Shown piece by piece: positions 51,750 to 62,297 of a stretch of DNA of 64,000 nt. Below the pieces are notes generated by a model, which did not search any database, was not told the origin of the DNA, and worked only from the letters and a program-made list of their open reading frames with translations. Made by a program: the position numbers and the translations under genes. The DNA comes from an uncultured Gammaproteobacteria bacterium (GTDB taxonomy: Bacteria; Pseudomonadota; Gammaproteobacteria; UBA9214): contig CAVVHS010000002.1 of assembly GCA_963748215.1 (NCBI GenBank), positions 219,699 through 283,698 on the forward strand, read 5' to 3'. Each line of letters opens with the position of its first letter. Position 1 is the stretch's first letter.

Positions 51750-52331
51750 ATGGGAACCGGTTCAGCAAATCAGCCTGTTACGGTCGTGTTGCCACAGGGG
51801 CCGCTGGCGGGTTTGCTGGCGGGCGCGGATTATGCGCTTACAGACTGGTATGCCACGCCACTGTCGGCAAGCGCTGCCGGCGTCCTGCTGTCGGCAACGC
51901 AGCGCGCAATCCCGTCGCGGCTGCGCAGTGGTGCATCGAGCGCGACGTTGCAGGTGCTGTTGCAGATCTGCCGATTCTGGCAGGAGGTGCCGCGCGGGTC
52001 GCCCGCGATGTTATGGCAGCAGCCGGTGCAGTCCGCGCGCGAAGCTGCCCTGCAGGAGCTCGTGCACGGGCAATTGCTGGCCAGCCGCAAGCTGCGCCCG
52101 GCGCTGGCGCACCTGGCGCGCGGCTTCCGGCATGCGGCCCCCTTGCTGGAGACAGCCGATTATTTCCGGCTGCTGCGCGAACACGAATTGCTCGCCGGTC
52201 TGCCGTTCTCCGATACCCCGGCCGCCGCTGCGGACCTGCCTGCCCTGCTGAACGAGGCCGCCGTCATCCGCCGCCTGCAACATGGTGGCCGGCGCCAGCC
52301 CGCCTGGCCGCATCTCGATACCCTCGGTTAG
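51750..52331 (+). CDS. Hypothetical protein
   Basis: ORF fills the gap between hemB and the symporter, ending 10 bp before it; no motif recognised. Confidence 0.6.
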   Translation: MGTGSANQPVTVVLPQGPLAGLLAGADYALTDWYATPLSASAAGVLLSATQRAIPSRLRSGASSATLQVLLQICRFWQEVPRGSPAMLWQQPVQSAREAALQELVHGQLLASRKLRPALAHLARGFRHAAPLLETADYFRLLREHELLAGLPFSDTPAAAADLPALLNEAAVIRRLQHGGRRQPAWPHLDTLG

Positions 52332-52341
52332 GCGCGCCGCC

Positions 52342-53289
52342 ATGTCCGTGCTGACCGCGATCTGCCGTTTCATCGCCAACCAGCTGGCGCCGATCACCCT
52401 GCTCGGCGCCGTGGCCGCCTACCTGTACCCGCCGCTGTTCCTGGTGTTCAGTACGAGTTTCCTCTGGTTCTTCGCTGCCACCATGTTCGCCATGGGTGTG
52501 GTGCTGGATATCGATGAGCTACGCGAGACCCTGCAGAAGCCCGGCCGCATCGTGCTCGGCGTACTGACCCAGTACAGTGTCATGCCGGCGCTGGGCTTCG
52601 CCGTGGCCTTGCTGGCCCCGCTGCCGGAGGCAGTGCGGCTGGGTATCATCATCGTCGCCTGCGCACCCGGCGCCATGGCCAGCAACGTGATGGTCTACCT
52701 GGCGGGGGGCGCAGTGGCGTTTTCCGTGGCCATGACCACGGTGGCGACGTTTCTTTCTCCGGTGCTGACGCCGCTGCTGGTGGAATGGCTGGGCGGGGCG
52801 TTCCTGGAGATCCCGTTCTGGCCAATGATGCGGACCATTATCCTGACCGTGGTTGTGCCGCTCGGGCTGGGCATGCTGTTGCGCGGTATCCTGGGGCGGC
52901 ACCTGGAGCTGGCGCGCACCTTGTCCCCTGCCGTCGCGGCGGTGGCGATCGTGGTCATCTGCAGCTATGCGGTGGCCGCCAACCAGGAGCGGCTCGCGGT
53001 GGTCGGGGGCTGGGTGATTGCCATGGTGATCCTGCTCAATGCACTCGGCTACCTGGCCGGCTGGGGGCTGGCGCGCCTGTATGGCTTTGATGCGGAACAC
53101 CGTTTGACGCTGGCCATCGAGATCGGCATGCAGAATGCCGGGCTGGGCGTGGCGCTGGCGCTGAAACACTTTTCGCCCGAGACCGCCCTGCCGGGTGCGC
53201 TGTTCGCCTTCTGGTGCATTCTGACCGCCGCCGGGGCCAGTTCCTGGGTGCGGCGGCGGCGCACCAATATGGTGGGGATAGAATATTAA
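52342..53289 (+). CDS. Bile acid:sodium symporter family transporter
   Basis: QYSVMP, CAPGAMASNV, EIGMQNAGL motifs. Confidence 0.93.
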   Translation: MSVLTAICRFIANQLAPITLLGAVAAYLYPPLFLVFSTSFLWFFAATMFAMGVVLDIDELRETLQKPGRIVLGVLTQYSVMPALGFAVALLAPLPEAVRLGIIIVACAPGAMASNVMVYLAGGAVAFSVAMTTVATFLSPVLTPLLVEWLGGAFLEIPFWPMMRTIILTVVVPLGLGMLLRGILGRHLELARTLSPAVAAVAIVVICSYAVAANQERLAVVGGWVIAMVILLNALGYLAGWGLARLYGFDAEHRLTLAIEIGMQNAGLGVALALKHFSPETALPGALFAFWCILTAAGASSWVRRRRTNMVGIEY

Positions 53290-53352
53290 AATATAATAAT
53301 TTCAGTAAGTTACTCACACGCATCGCCGGTCCGCAAATACCGGCATTGCCTC

Positions 53353-53379
53353 TAAAGAAACCTTCCCCAGCGTCGATAG
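53353..53379 (+). promoter_or_regulatory. Sigma28 (FliA)-like promoter
   Basis: TAAA-N15-GTCGATAG compared with consensus TAAA-N15-GCCGATAA. Confidence 0.6.
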
Positions 53380-53385
53380 CCTAAG

Positions 53386-53527
53386 CAAGAGCGCGCACAC
53401 AGCGTCTTGTGAAATGGCCCCGGAGGCCCGGATCCATCTCAGAAGTTGTTTGTCATAGCACTGTGCATTGAAAGGCTCCTCCGACGCTGAAAAGCGTTTT
53501 CAACCCGCCGCAAGGCGGGTTTTTTTT
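53386..53527 (+). ncRNA. Candidate small regulatory RNA of about 140 nt
   Basis: Lies between a sigma28-like promoter and a strong terminator; CTCCTCC anti-SD motif at 53476-53482; no credible ORF. Confidence 0.5.
53502..53527 (+). terminator. Rho-independent terminator
   Basis: AACCCGCC-GCAA-GGCGGGTT followed by a T-run. Confidence 0.9.
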
Positions 53528-53543
53528 GCCTGCAGGGACGCAG

Positions 53544-53783
53544 CTACGTCGCGGTCTTACGTTCTCCCGCCCTCCCGCGACAAGGGGGGCGCAGGTCACG
53601 GCTGCGCAGGGCGAGATAATCGGCCAGGTTGCGCGCAGCAGCGGAAAATCCCTGCGGATCGCGCGCGCGATCCGCTGCCAGCCGCGCAGCGGATTTGTGC
53701 TGGACGTCCTCGTTCAGCGCAGTAAGTTCATCGAGGCCTTCGACCAGGTGCCCGGTGCCGGCCGGTAGTGCGTGTATGGACAT
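53544..53783 (-). pseudogene. Probable N-terminal fragment of a long-form pyruvate kinase
   Basis: AARNLADYLALRSRDLRP resembles the SARNLxHYLALRxxDLR extension; ORF is truncated. Confidence 0.5.
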
Positions 53784-53925
53784 GGTTTGGATGCCGGTTA
53801 CGACGTGCTGGATATCACCGCAAGAGAACAGGGCCGCAGGTGTCGATCTGCAGACGTTACAGCAGTCGATTCGGCAAGGGTCGCAGTGGTGTGCCGTGAT
53901 GGTGCCGGTCGGTCGGTGGCGAGGA

Positions 53926-54871
<946 letters not shown>

Positions 54872-55429
54872 TCAGTGTCTCAGTACATTGCCGCTGAGAC
54901 CGTCACGCACGCTGCTCGGGATGTTACTGGCGGAATCGCTGCCATGCAGGATGTAATCCAGCTGTCCGTTGAAAGACTTGCGTACCGCCAGCGGGCTGGT
55001 GGCCGGCGCCCGGCCGTGCAGATTGGCGCTGCTTGAAACCAGCGGGCCACCCCAGTAATTGCATAATTCAGCTGCGACCGGGTGACTTGTTACGCGTACG
55101 GCCAGGGTGTCGTGGTCGCCGGTCAGCCAGGCGGGTGTATCCGGCAGGCACGGCAGCACCCAGGTCACCGGGGGTGTCGCCGGCCCGGCCACGCGTTTGT
55201 GCACGGCGGGTGCGAGCGGCGTCAGCAGGGGCTCGAGCTGATCGAAGCTGGCGGCAATCAGGATCACGCCATGCCGGATGCTGCGCTGTTTCAGCGTCAG
55301 CAGATGCAGCACGGCGGCGGCATTGAACGGGTCGCAACCCAGCCCGTACACGGTCTCGGTTGGATAGGCAATTACGCCGCCGGCTTCCAGGTTGCGCACC
55401 GCCTCGCGAATATGCCAGTTCATGGGCAT
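54872..55429 (-). CDS. tsaC: L-threonylcarbamoyladenylate synthase (YrdC/Sua5 family)
   Basis: AYPTETVYGLGC, KQR, SSSAN motifs. Confidence 0.93.
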   Translation of the reverse strand: MPMNWHIREAVRNLEAGGVIAYPTETVYGLGCDPFNAAAVLHLLTLKQRSIRHGVILIAASFDQLEPLLTPLAPAVHKRVAGPATPPVTWVLPCLPDTPAWLTGDHDTLAVRVTSHPVAAELCNYWGGPLVSSSANLHGRAPATSPLAVRKSFNGQLDYILHGSDSASNIPSSVRDGLSGNVLRH

Positions 55430-55437
55430 CGATATGC

Positions 55438-57741
55438 TCAGGATTGATCCGCGGCCTCGGTTGCCGGTTCATCCCATTCTTCGGCGAACTTGCAATCCTG
55501 CTGGGGGCAGACACGCTGGGTTCCCGAACGCTTGGTGGTCTTTATGGACGTGATCGGCCAGTTACATTCTGGGCACGGCATTGCCAGCGGTTCGTTCCAG
55601 ATAGCGTAGTCGCATTCGGGGTAGCGCGAGCAGGAGTAGAAGATCTTGCCACGCCTGGACTTGCGCTTGAGCAGGGTGCCCTGCTTGCACTGCGGACACT
55701 GTACACCGGTGTCGGCCGGCTTTTCCAGGGGCTCGATGTACTTGCATTCCGGGTAGCTGCTGCAGCCGATGAACTTGCCGTAACGCCCGCTGCGAATGAT
55801 GAGATCGGACTTGCACTCCGGGCAGCTGCGTCCTTCCACTTTTTCGGGTTCGCTGCTGCCGTGCTCGTCGTCGACGTTGCGTGTGTAATCGCATTCCGGG
55901 TAGCCGCTGCAACCGATGAACCGGCCGCGCCGTCCGAGCCGGATATTGAGCGGTTTGCCGCACTTCGGGCAGGCCTCGTCCGTGGCCTCGGTCGTCACAT
56001 CGCTGCGTGACACGCTGGTTTCCTTGTCGTCGACCAGCTGCTTGAAGGGTTTCCAGAAATCCTGCATCACCGGCACCCAGTCTTTTTCGCCGCGTGCAAC
56101 CGCATCCAGTTCGTCCTCAAGGCGTGCTGTAAAGTCATAGTCGACATATTGGGTGAAGTGTTCGGTCAGGAACTTGCTCACCACGCGGCCCACATCGGTC
56201 GGGTAGAAACGCTTGGTTTCCAGCGTCACATACTCACGTGCCTGCAGCGTCGAGATGATGGTAGCGTAGGTGGAGGGGCGCCCGATGCCGTGCTCTTCCA
56301 ATGACTTGACCAGGCTGGCTTCGGAGAAGCGCGGTGGCGGTTCGGTGAAATGCTGGTCGGCCCGGATGTCTTTCAGTTCGCAGCTGTCGCCCTTCTCCAT
56401 CGGCGGCAGCAGCTTTTCGTCGCCATCCGATTTCTTGTCATCCTCGCCTTCCTGGTAAACGGCCATAAAACCGGGGTCGACCACGACCGAGCCGGTAGCG
56501 CGGAAGCGGTTGCCTTCCCCGCAGCCGAAATCCACGCTGACCGTGTTGAAGGTGGCGTGGATCATCTGGCACGCGATGGTACGCTTCCAGATCAGGTCAT
56601 ACAGCTTGAGCTGTTCGGCGTTCAGGTATTTCTTTATCTCGTCCGGCGTGTTGCGGATGGAGGTCGGGCGTATCGCCTCGTGGGCTTCCTGGGCATTCTT
56701 GGCCTTGGTCTTGTAGGCGCGTGCCTGGTGCGGCAGCGCACCCTTGCCGTAGCGCTCGGGAATAAATTCACGCAATTCCTCAAGCGCCTCCTGGGCGAGA
56801 TTGACCGAATCGGTACGCATGTAGGTGATAAGGCCGACGGTGTCACCACCGATATCCATGCCCTCATAGAGTTGCTGCGCGACGCGCATGGTGCGGCTTG
56901 CGGTAAATCCGAGCTTGCGTGAGGCTTCCTGCTGCAGCGTCGAGGTGGTGAACGGCGCGGCGGGATTACGCTTACGCTGTTTCTTCTCGACTTCCTCGAC
57001 GACCAGCTTGCCGCCGGCGGCCTTGAGCAGTTCCGTGCGTGCCTGGCCGGCTGTCTTGTCGTTGTTGATGCTGAACTGCTTGAGTTTTTCGCCATGCAGG
57101 TATGTGAGACGCGCCACGAAATCCTGCTTGTCCCTGTTCAGGTCGCCTTCCAGCGTCCAGTACTCGCGCGGCTTGAAATTCTCGATTTCGATTTCGCGCT
57201 CGACGATCATGCGCAGGGCCGGGCTTTGTACCCGGCCTGCCGACAGGCCGCGGCGCACCTTCTTCCATAGCAACGGCGACAGGTTGAAACCGACCAGGTA
57301 GTCGAGCGCACGCCGCGCCTGTTGTGCATTGACCAGCTCGGTCGACAGGTCGCGTGCGTGTTCCAGCGCCTCGTTGACCGCACGCTTGGTGATTTCATTG
57401 AACACGACACGGTATACGGCCTTGTCCTTGAGCACCTTGCGCTGCTTGAGCAGCTCGCACAAGTGCCATGAGATGGCCTCGCCTTCGCGATCGGGGTCGG
57501 TCGCGAGGAACAGGGCGTCAGACTTTTTCATGGCCTTGACGATGTTGTCGACATGTTTCGAGTTGCGCTCGATCAGCTGGTACTTCATGGCGAAGTCATG
57601 TTCCGTGTCGACGGCGCCTTCCTTGGGTATCAGGTCGCGCACGTGACCATAGGACGCCATCACCTCGTAATCCTTGCCGAGGTACTTCTTGATCGTCTTG
57701 CACTTGGCAGGCGATTCGACGATGACGAGGTTCTTGCTCAT
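55438..57741 (-). CDS. topA: DNA topoisomerase I
   Basis: VESPAK, DPDREGE, SAGRVQS, ITYMRTD motifs; C-terminal Zn ribbons. Confidence 0.98.
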   Translation of the reverse strand: MSKNLVIVESPAKCKTIKKYLGKDYEVMASYGHVRDLIPKEGAVDTEHDFAMKYQLIERNSKHVDNIVKAMKKSDALFLATDPDREGEAISWHLCELLKQRKVLKDKAVYRVVFNEITKRAVNEALEHARDLSTELVNAQQARRALDYLVGFNLSPLLWKKVRRGLSAGRVQSPALRMIVEREIEIENFKPREYWTLEGDLNRDKQDFVARLTYLHGEKLKQFSINNDKTAGQARTELLKAAGGKLVVEEVEKKQRKRNPAAPFTTSTLQQEASRKLGFTASRTMRVAQQLYEGMDIGGDTVGLITYMRTDSVNLAQEALEELREFIPERYGKGALPHQARAYKTKAKNAQEAHEAIRPTSIRNTPDEIKKYLNAEQLKLYDLIWKRTIACQMIHATFNTVSVDFGCGEGNRFRATGSVVVDPGFMAVYQEGEDDKKSDGDEKLLPPMEKGDSCELKDIRADQHFTEPPPRFSEASLVKSLEEHGIGRPSTYATIISTLQAREYVTLETKRFYPTDVGRVVSKFLTEHFTQYVDYDFTARLEDELDAVARGEKDWVPVMQDFWKPFKQLVDDKETSVSRSDVTTEATDEACPKCGKPLNIRLGRRGRFIGCSGYPECDYTRNVDDEHGSSEPEKVEGRSCPECKSDLIIRSGRYGKFIGCSSYPECKYIEPLEKPADTGVQCPQCKQGTLLKRKSRRGKIFYSCSRYPECDYAIWNEPLAMPCPECNWPITSIKTTKRSGTQRVCPQQDCKFAEEWDEPATEAADQS

Positions 57742-57795
57742 TGCGATCGGTTGCGACTGGGCCGGTCAGCCGGCCGGTTGTGATGGTTCGGGCGG

Positions 57796-58269
57796 TTAGT
57801 GCAGGTTGCGGGCGGAGCTGTCGAACACGAGGTCTTCCACCCAGGCATAGGCAGCCTCTTCGCCGGGCTGGTTGAACAGCACCATCATGATCACCCATTT
57901 CATCTGGTCGAGATCGAGGTCCTCGCTTTCCAGCGCCATGGCGCGGTCGATGGCGAGTTCGCGGGCATCCGGACTCAGTACGCCCATTTGCTCCAGGAAC
58001 AGGATGAAGCCACGGCATTCCGTGTCGAGTCGTTCCATTTCCCTGGCCGAAAACAGACGGGTGGAGCGCTCAGCCTGCAGGGTGGCCGGTGCGCGGTCGC
58101 GGGTAAGACCCTCCATCCAGCTGAAAGCCTGGTCGATCTCCCGGGTCGGGAAACCGGCCTTGCTGAGTTCCAGCTCGACGACCTCGCGCTCCGGGGCGAG
58201 CGGACTCTCGTCATCCATATAATAGTTTTCGAACAGGTACATGAGCACGTCAAAGACGTCTTCTTTCAT
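57796..58269 (-). CDS. smg: Smg (DUF494) protein
   Basis: FDVLMYLFENY and KWVIMMVLFNQPG motifs. Confidence 0.93.
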   Translation of the reverse strand: MKEDVFDVLMYLFENYYMDDESPLAPEREVVELELSKAGFPTREIDQAFSWMEGLTRDRAPATLQAERSTRLFSAREMERLDTECRGFILFLEQMGVLSPDARELAIDRAMALESEDLDLDQMKWVIMMVLFNQPGEEAAYAWVEDLVFDSSARNLH

Positions 58270-58280
58270 TAAAAACCCTT

Positions 58281-59408
58281 CTATTTCAATCGGCTGTAAA
58301 TGCCGCCGGGGCTGGAGGCGATGTAGCCGTCCATTTCAAGTTGCAGGAGCATGGAGGAAACTTCAGCCGGCGTCAATCCGCTTGCTGTCACGAGCCGATC
58401 AATCGATGTGCTGTCAAAGCCAATAACTTCAATAAGTTGTAGATAATCATCGGTGAGTTCCCGCGGCTGGCCGGGCTCGGCCGGGTCAGCCGCTGTCACG
58501 GGCAGGCAGGCACCGGCGATGGGGCCGAGCTCGTCGATAATATCCTGCGCCGTTTCGACCAGCTTGGCGCCCTGGCGGATCAGGGCATGGCAACCGCGAG
58601 CCAGTGTGTTGTGGATCGAGCCCGGTATGGCGAATACCTCGCGCCCCTGTTCGTTGGCGTAGCGTGCGCTGATCAGCGAGCCCGAGCGCAACGCCGCTTC
58701 CACGACCAGCGTGCCAATGCTCAGGCCGCTGATAATGCGATTGCGACGCGGAAAATTTTCCGCCAGTGGCGGGGTTCCGATCGGGAATTCGGATACCAGG
58801 GCGCCATCCCGGGCGATGGCGCGGGCCAGATCGCGGTGCCGGGCGGGGTAGACACGGTCGAGGCCGGTGCCCATTACGGCGATGGTAGGCGCCGCGGCAT
58901 CCAGTGCACCCTGGTGGCTGGCAGCATCGATTCCCAGTGCCAGGCCGCTGGTAATGATCAGGCCGGTAGCAGCCAGGTGACACGCGAAATCACGGGCGGT
59001 CTGCTCGCCGGCCGGGGTCGGATTGCGGCTGCCGACCATGGCCAGCTGCGGTTCACCAAGCAGGTTCACGTTTCCGTGTACGTACAGCAGCGGCGGAGCG
59101 TCGGGCAGCTGTGACAGCAGCAAGGGCCAGCGGGGGTCGCGGCAGGTGATGATGTGGTTGCCCGTTTGTTGCGCCCACTCGAGATCACGCCCGACGGCAC
59201 ACAGGTCAGGTCGCCGGAAGGCGTCGATGGATTCCCGTGTCAGGCCCAGGCTGCCCAGTTCGCCGGCACTCGCGGCCAGGATTGCCGTCGGGTGTTCGAA
59301 ACGATCCAGCAACCGGTGAAACAGTACCGCACCCACGCGAGGGGCGTGGTATACGTTCAACCAGTCGGAAAGATGCCGGGTGTCGGGCGCCTGCGGGGTC
59401 GGGGCCAT
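58281..59408 (-). CDS. dprA: DNA-processing protein DprA
   Basis: VGSR, SGLALGID, FPRRNRIISGLS, SGSLISA motifs. Confidence 0.97.
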   Translation of the reverse strand: MAPTPQAPDTRHLSDWLNVYHAPRVGAVLFHRLLDRFEHPTAILAASAGELGSLGLTRESIDAFRRPDLCAVGRDLEWAQQTGNHIITCRDPRWPLLLSQLPDAPPLLYVHGNVNLLGEPQLAMVGSRNPTPAGEQTARDFACHLAATGLIITSGLALGIDAASHQGALDAAAPTIAVMGTGLDRVYPARHRDLARAIARDGALVSEFPIGTPPLAENFPRRNRIISGLSIGTLVVEAALRSGSLISARYANEQGREVFAIPGSIHNTLARGCHALIRQGAKLVETAQDIIDELGPIAGACLPVTAADPAEPGQPRELTDDYLQLIEVIGFDSTSIDRLVTASGLTPAEVSSMLLQLEMDGYIASSPGGIYSRLK

Positions 59409-59488
59409 GGGGCCCAGTATAACCGCTATGCTGCAGCCTTTATGTCATCCATGCGCATTCGCGCATGGATGACGAGGCCTACCGCGGA

Positions 59489-60523
59489 TCAGGGTGTGCG
59501 TACAAAATCGTTGACGTGGATGGCGCGGGTCGCCGCCATGATCAGGCCGAAGCTGACCTTGTCGAAGGTGCGGAACACCATGACGACACCGGCCTCTTCG
59601 TCAGGCAGCCTGACGGTCTTGCTGTACTTGCTGCTGACGGTGTCCTTGATGAGTCCGCCCTGCTGGTAAACGCGCATGACATGACCGATTTCCATGCCGT
59701 CACGCGCGCCCAGGTCGAGTGCAACGACATTGAACTGGCCAATTTCCGATACACCATCGACCACGGAAATGATGTGACCCTCGGTACCGGAGGGTACGGC
59801 ATGTGGCTGGAAATGAATGACCGGGTCGGCGCGGTCTGCCGGCCGCAGCCGGTCACCGACACGCACCTCGCGCGAGGTCTCGGTCAGCTTGACTGTGGCG
59901 GGATCGCCGAAACTCTGCACGGGGCCGGTACCGGCATATAACGCCTCGTAGCCAAGCACTTCGCCGGTGTCGGGATCGATATAGGGACCGCCCGGTTTAT
60001 AGACGTCGAACAGCGTAAAGTCGCGGTTTTCGATGCCGCGCACGTAGACGCGATCGCCGGCACCGGTGATGACATGCTCATCCGCTGCCTGGACCACATA
60101 CGGGCTGTTCTCCATTTCGCCTTCCTCGACCACGATCACCCGGGTCAGGAACTGCTTGATGGCGTCAAGCGGGATCGTCGGTATGGCATTTTCGAGGCTT
60201 TCCTCGCGAATGCTCGGTGACAGCTTGACGTCGGGGTGGCCGCGTGTCGCCTGAATCTGTGGCTTGCCGTCTACGTATACCAGGTTGAGGATGTCGCCCG
60301 GGTAGATAAGGTGCGGGTTGGCGACCTGGGGATTGACATACCAGACCTCCGGCCACATCCAGGGATCACGCAAAAACCTGCCTGAGATATCCCACAGCGT
60401 GTCATCCTTGACGACGACGTAGCGATCCGGGTGGTCTGGATTGAGCACCACGTCTGCTGCAATCAACGAGCCCGTCGTCAGCAGGGCGGCGAGTACCATT
60501 CCGAGCAGTTTCTTGGTTGACAT
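59489..60523 (-). CDS. LysM peptidoglycan-binding protein (TsaP-like)
   Basis: Signal peptide, YVVVKDDTLWDIS, NPHLIYPGD motifs; def/dprA context. Confidence 0.9.
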   Translation of the reverse strand: MSTKKLLGMVLAALLTTGSLIAADVVLNPDHPDRYVVVKDDTLWDISGRFLRDPWMWPEVWYVNPQVANPHLIYPGDILNLVYVDGKPQIQATRGHPDVKLSPSIREESLENAIPTIPLDAIKQFLTRVIVVEEGEMENSPYVVQAADEHVITGAGDRVYVRGIENRDFTLFDVYKPGGPYIDPDTGEVLGYEALYAGTGPVQSFGDPATVKLTETSREVRVGDRLRPADRADPVIHFQPHAVPSGTEGHIISVVDGVSEIGQFNVVALDLGARDGMEIGHVMRVYQQGGLIKDTVSSKYSKTVRLPDEEAGVVMVFRTFDKVSFGLIMAATRAIHVNDFVRTP

Positions 60524-60731
60524 ATGCATCCCTTTGCGTCGATTTACTTGGCGATTCGATTCCAGTATCCGGAAACTGGTTACACTATTGACGGATGGCG
60601 GCAGGACAGTCGCGAGTTTAGCGGAAATTCCACGCAGAACAAAACGTTTTGTCGATTGCCGGACACAGCAACATTGCCTTTTGTGATAAAGTATATTAGA
60701 TACAAATTTCCCGATTCGTGACGGCAATCAC

Positions 60732-61280
60732 ATGGCTATCCTCAATATTCTGCACTTCCCTGATCCGCGTTTGCGCACTGTCGCCAGGCCGGTCGAACAA
60801 GTCGATGACGCCGTTCGGCAGTTGCTCGATGACATGCTCGAGACTATGTACGCTGCCCCCGGGATCGGTCTTGCCGCCACGCAGGTCAATGTCGACAAGC
60901 GGATCGTCGTCATCGATATATCGGAAGAAAGGAACCAGCCTTTATATCTGATTAACCCCGAGATCCTGGAACTTGACGGAGTCGAGGAAATGGAGGAGGG
61001 CTGCCTGTCCGTACCGGGCGTCTACGAACTGGTCCAGCGCGCCGATCGTGTCAAAATCAGGGCACTCGGGCGGGATGGTGGTGGTTTCGAAATGGGCGCT
61101 GAGGGCTTGCTCGCGGTATGTATCCAGCATGAGATCGACCATCTCGATGGCAAGCTGTTCGTCGATTACCTGTCTCAGCTAAAGCGCACGCGGATCCGCA
61201 AGAAACTCGAAAAGGAGCAGCGCCAGGGTGGTCCGGAAACGATTTCCGGTGCTGCCACACGTGTTCGCCAGGAACTGTAA
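60732..61280 (+). CDS. def: Peptide deformylase
   Basis: [20 protein letters not shown] motifs. Confidence 0.98.
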   Translation: MAILNILHFPDPRLRTVARPVEQVDDAVRQLLDDMLETMYAAPGIGLAATQVNVDKRIVVIDISEERNQPLYLINPEILELDGVEEMEEGCLSVPGVYELVQRADRVKIRALGRDGGGFEMGAEGLLAVCIQHEIDHLDGKLFVDYLSQLKRTRIRKKLEKEQRQGGPETISGAATRVRQEL

Positions 61281-61361
61281 AGACGCTTCTCCGGCTGTTT
61301 GTAACCCGCTCGTGACTGTATCCCCGTTGCGTCCCCTGACATTGGCAGACAACTACGCGCA

Positions 61362-62294
61362 ATGAGGATCGTCTTTGCCGGAACGCCGGAATTCTCCGTG
61401 CCCGCCCTGCAGGCGCTGCTGGACAGCCGTCACGAGGTTGTCGCGGTATATACCCAGCCCGACCGGCCAGCCGGCCGTGGCCGGCGGATTGCTGCTAGCC
61501 CTGTCAAACTATTGGCGATCGATCATGCCATACCCGTGTGCCAGCCTGACAGCCTGCGTGCGGTTGATGCCGGTCCTGGGCTTGCGGCCTGGCGGCCGGA
61601 TCTGATGGTCGTGGTTGCCTACGGGCTGCTGCTGCCGCCGGAAATCCTGGCTATCCCCGTGCTGGGGTGTGTCAATGTGCATGCCTCACTGCTGCCGCGC
61701 TGGCGCGGTGCCGCGCCGATCCAGCGCGCAATTCTTGCAGGTGATACCGAATCCGGGGTCTGCCTGATGCAGATGGAGGCGGGCCTGGATACCGGCCCGG
61801 TGCTTGCGTGCGCGACCTGCGCGATCCTTGCGGATGATACGGCCAGCCAGTTGCACGACCGCCTGGCGCGGCTGGGCGGTCGGTTGCTGTCCGGGAATCT
61901 CGACGCACTGGAACAGGGTAGCCTGGCACCGCGTGTCCAGGACGACGCGCAGGCTACCTATGCGCGAAAACTGGACAAGGCGGAGGCACGCCTCGACTGG
62001 GCGGAGAGTGCGGAGCTGCTGGCGCGCCAGGTGCGTGCATTCAATGCCTGGCCGGTTGCCGAGACGCGCTGTCTCGGCCGGCAATTGCGCATCTGGGAGG
62101 CGCGGCCAGTGGCGGATATGGCGATGGTGCCGCCGGGTACCGTGGTGGCGGCAACGCGGGAAGGCATCGACGTGGCATGTGGTACGGGCCAGCTGCGCCT
62201 GCTCAGGGTGCAGCTACCGGGTGCGCGGCCGGTGAGCGCTGCCGATTTCGTCAATGCGCATGATATAACCGGCATGTGCCTTGGGTCGGACTGA
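61362..62294 (+). CDS. fmt: Methionyl-tRNA formyltransferase
   Basis: [29 protein letters not shown] motifs. Confidence 0.98.
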   Translation: MRIVFAGTPEFSVPALQALLDSRHEVVAVYTQPDRPAGRGRRIAASPVKLLAIDHAIPVCQPDSLRAVDAGPGLAAWRPDLMVVVAYGLLLPPEILAIPVLGCVNVHASLLPRWRGAAPIQRAILAGDTESGVCLMQMEAGLDTGPVLACATCAILADDTASQLHDRLARLGGRLLSGNLDALEQGSLAPRVQDDAQATYARKLDKAEARLDWAESAELLARQVRAFNAWPVAETRCLGRQLRIWEARPVADMAMVPPGTVVAATREGIDVACGTGQLRLLRVQLPGARPVSAADFVNAHDITGMCLGSD

Positions 62295-62297
62295 ATC

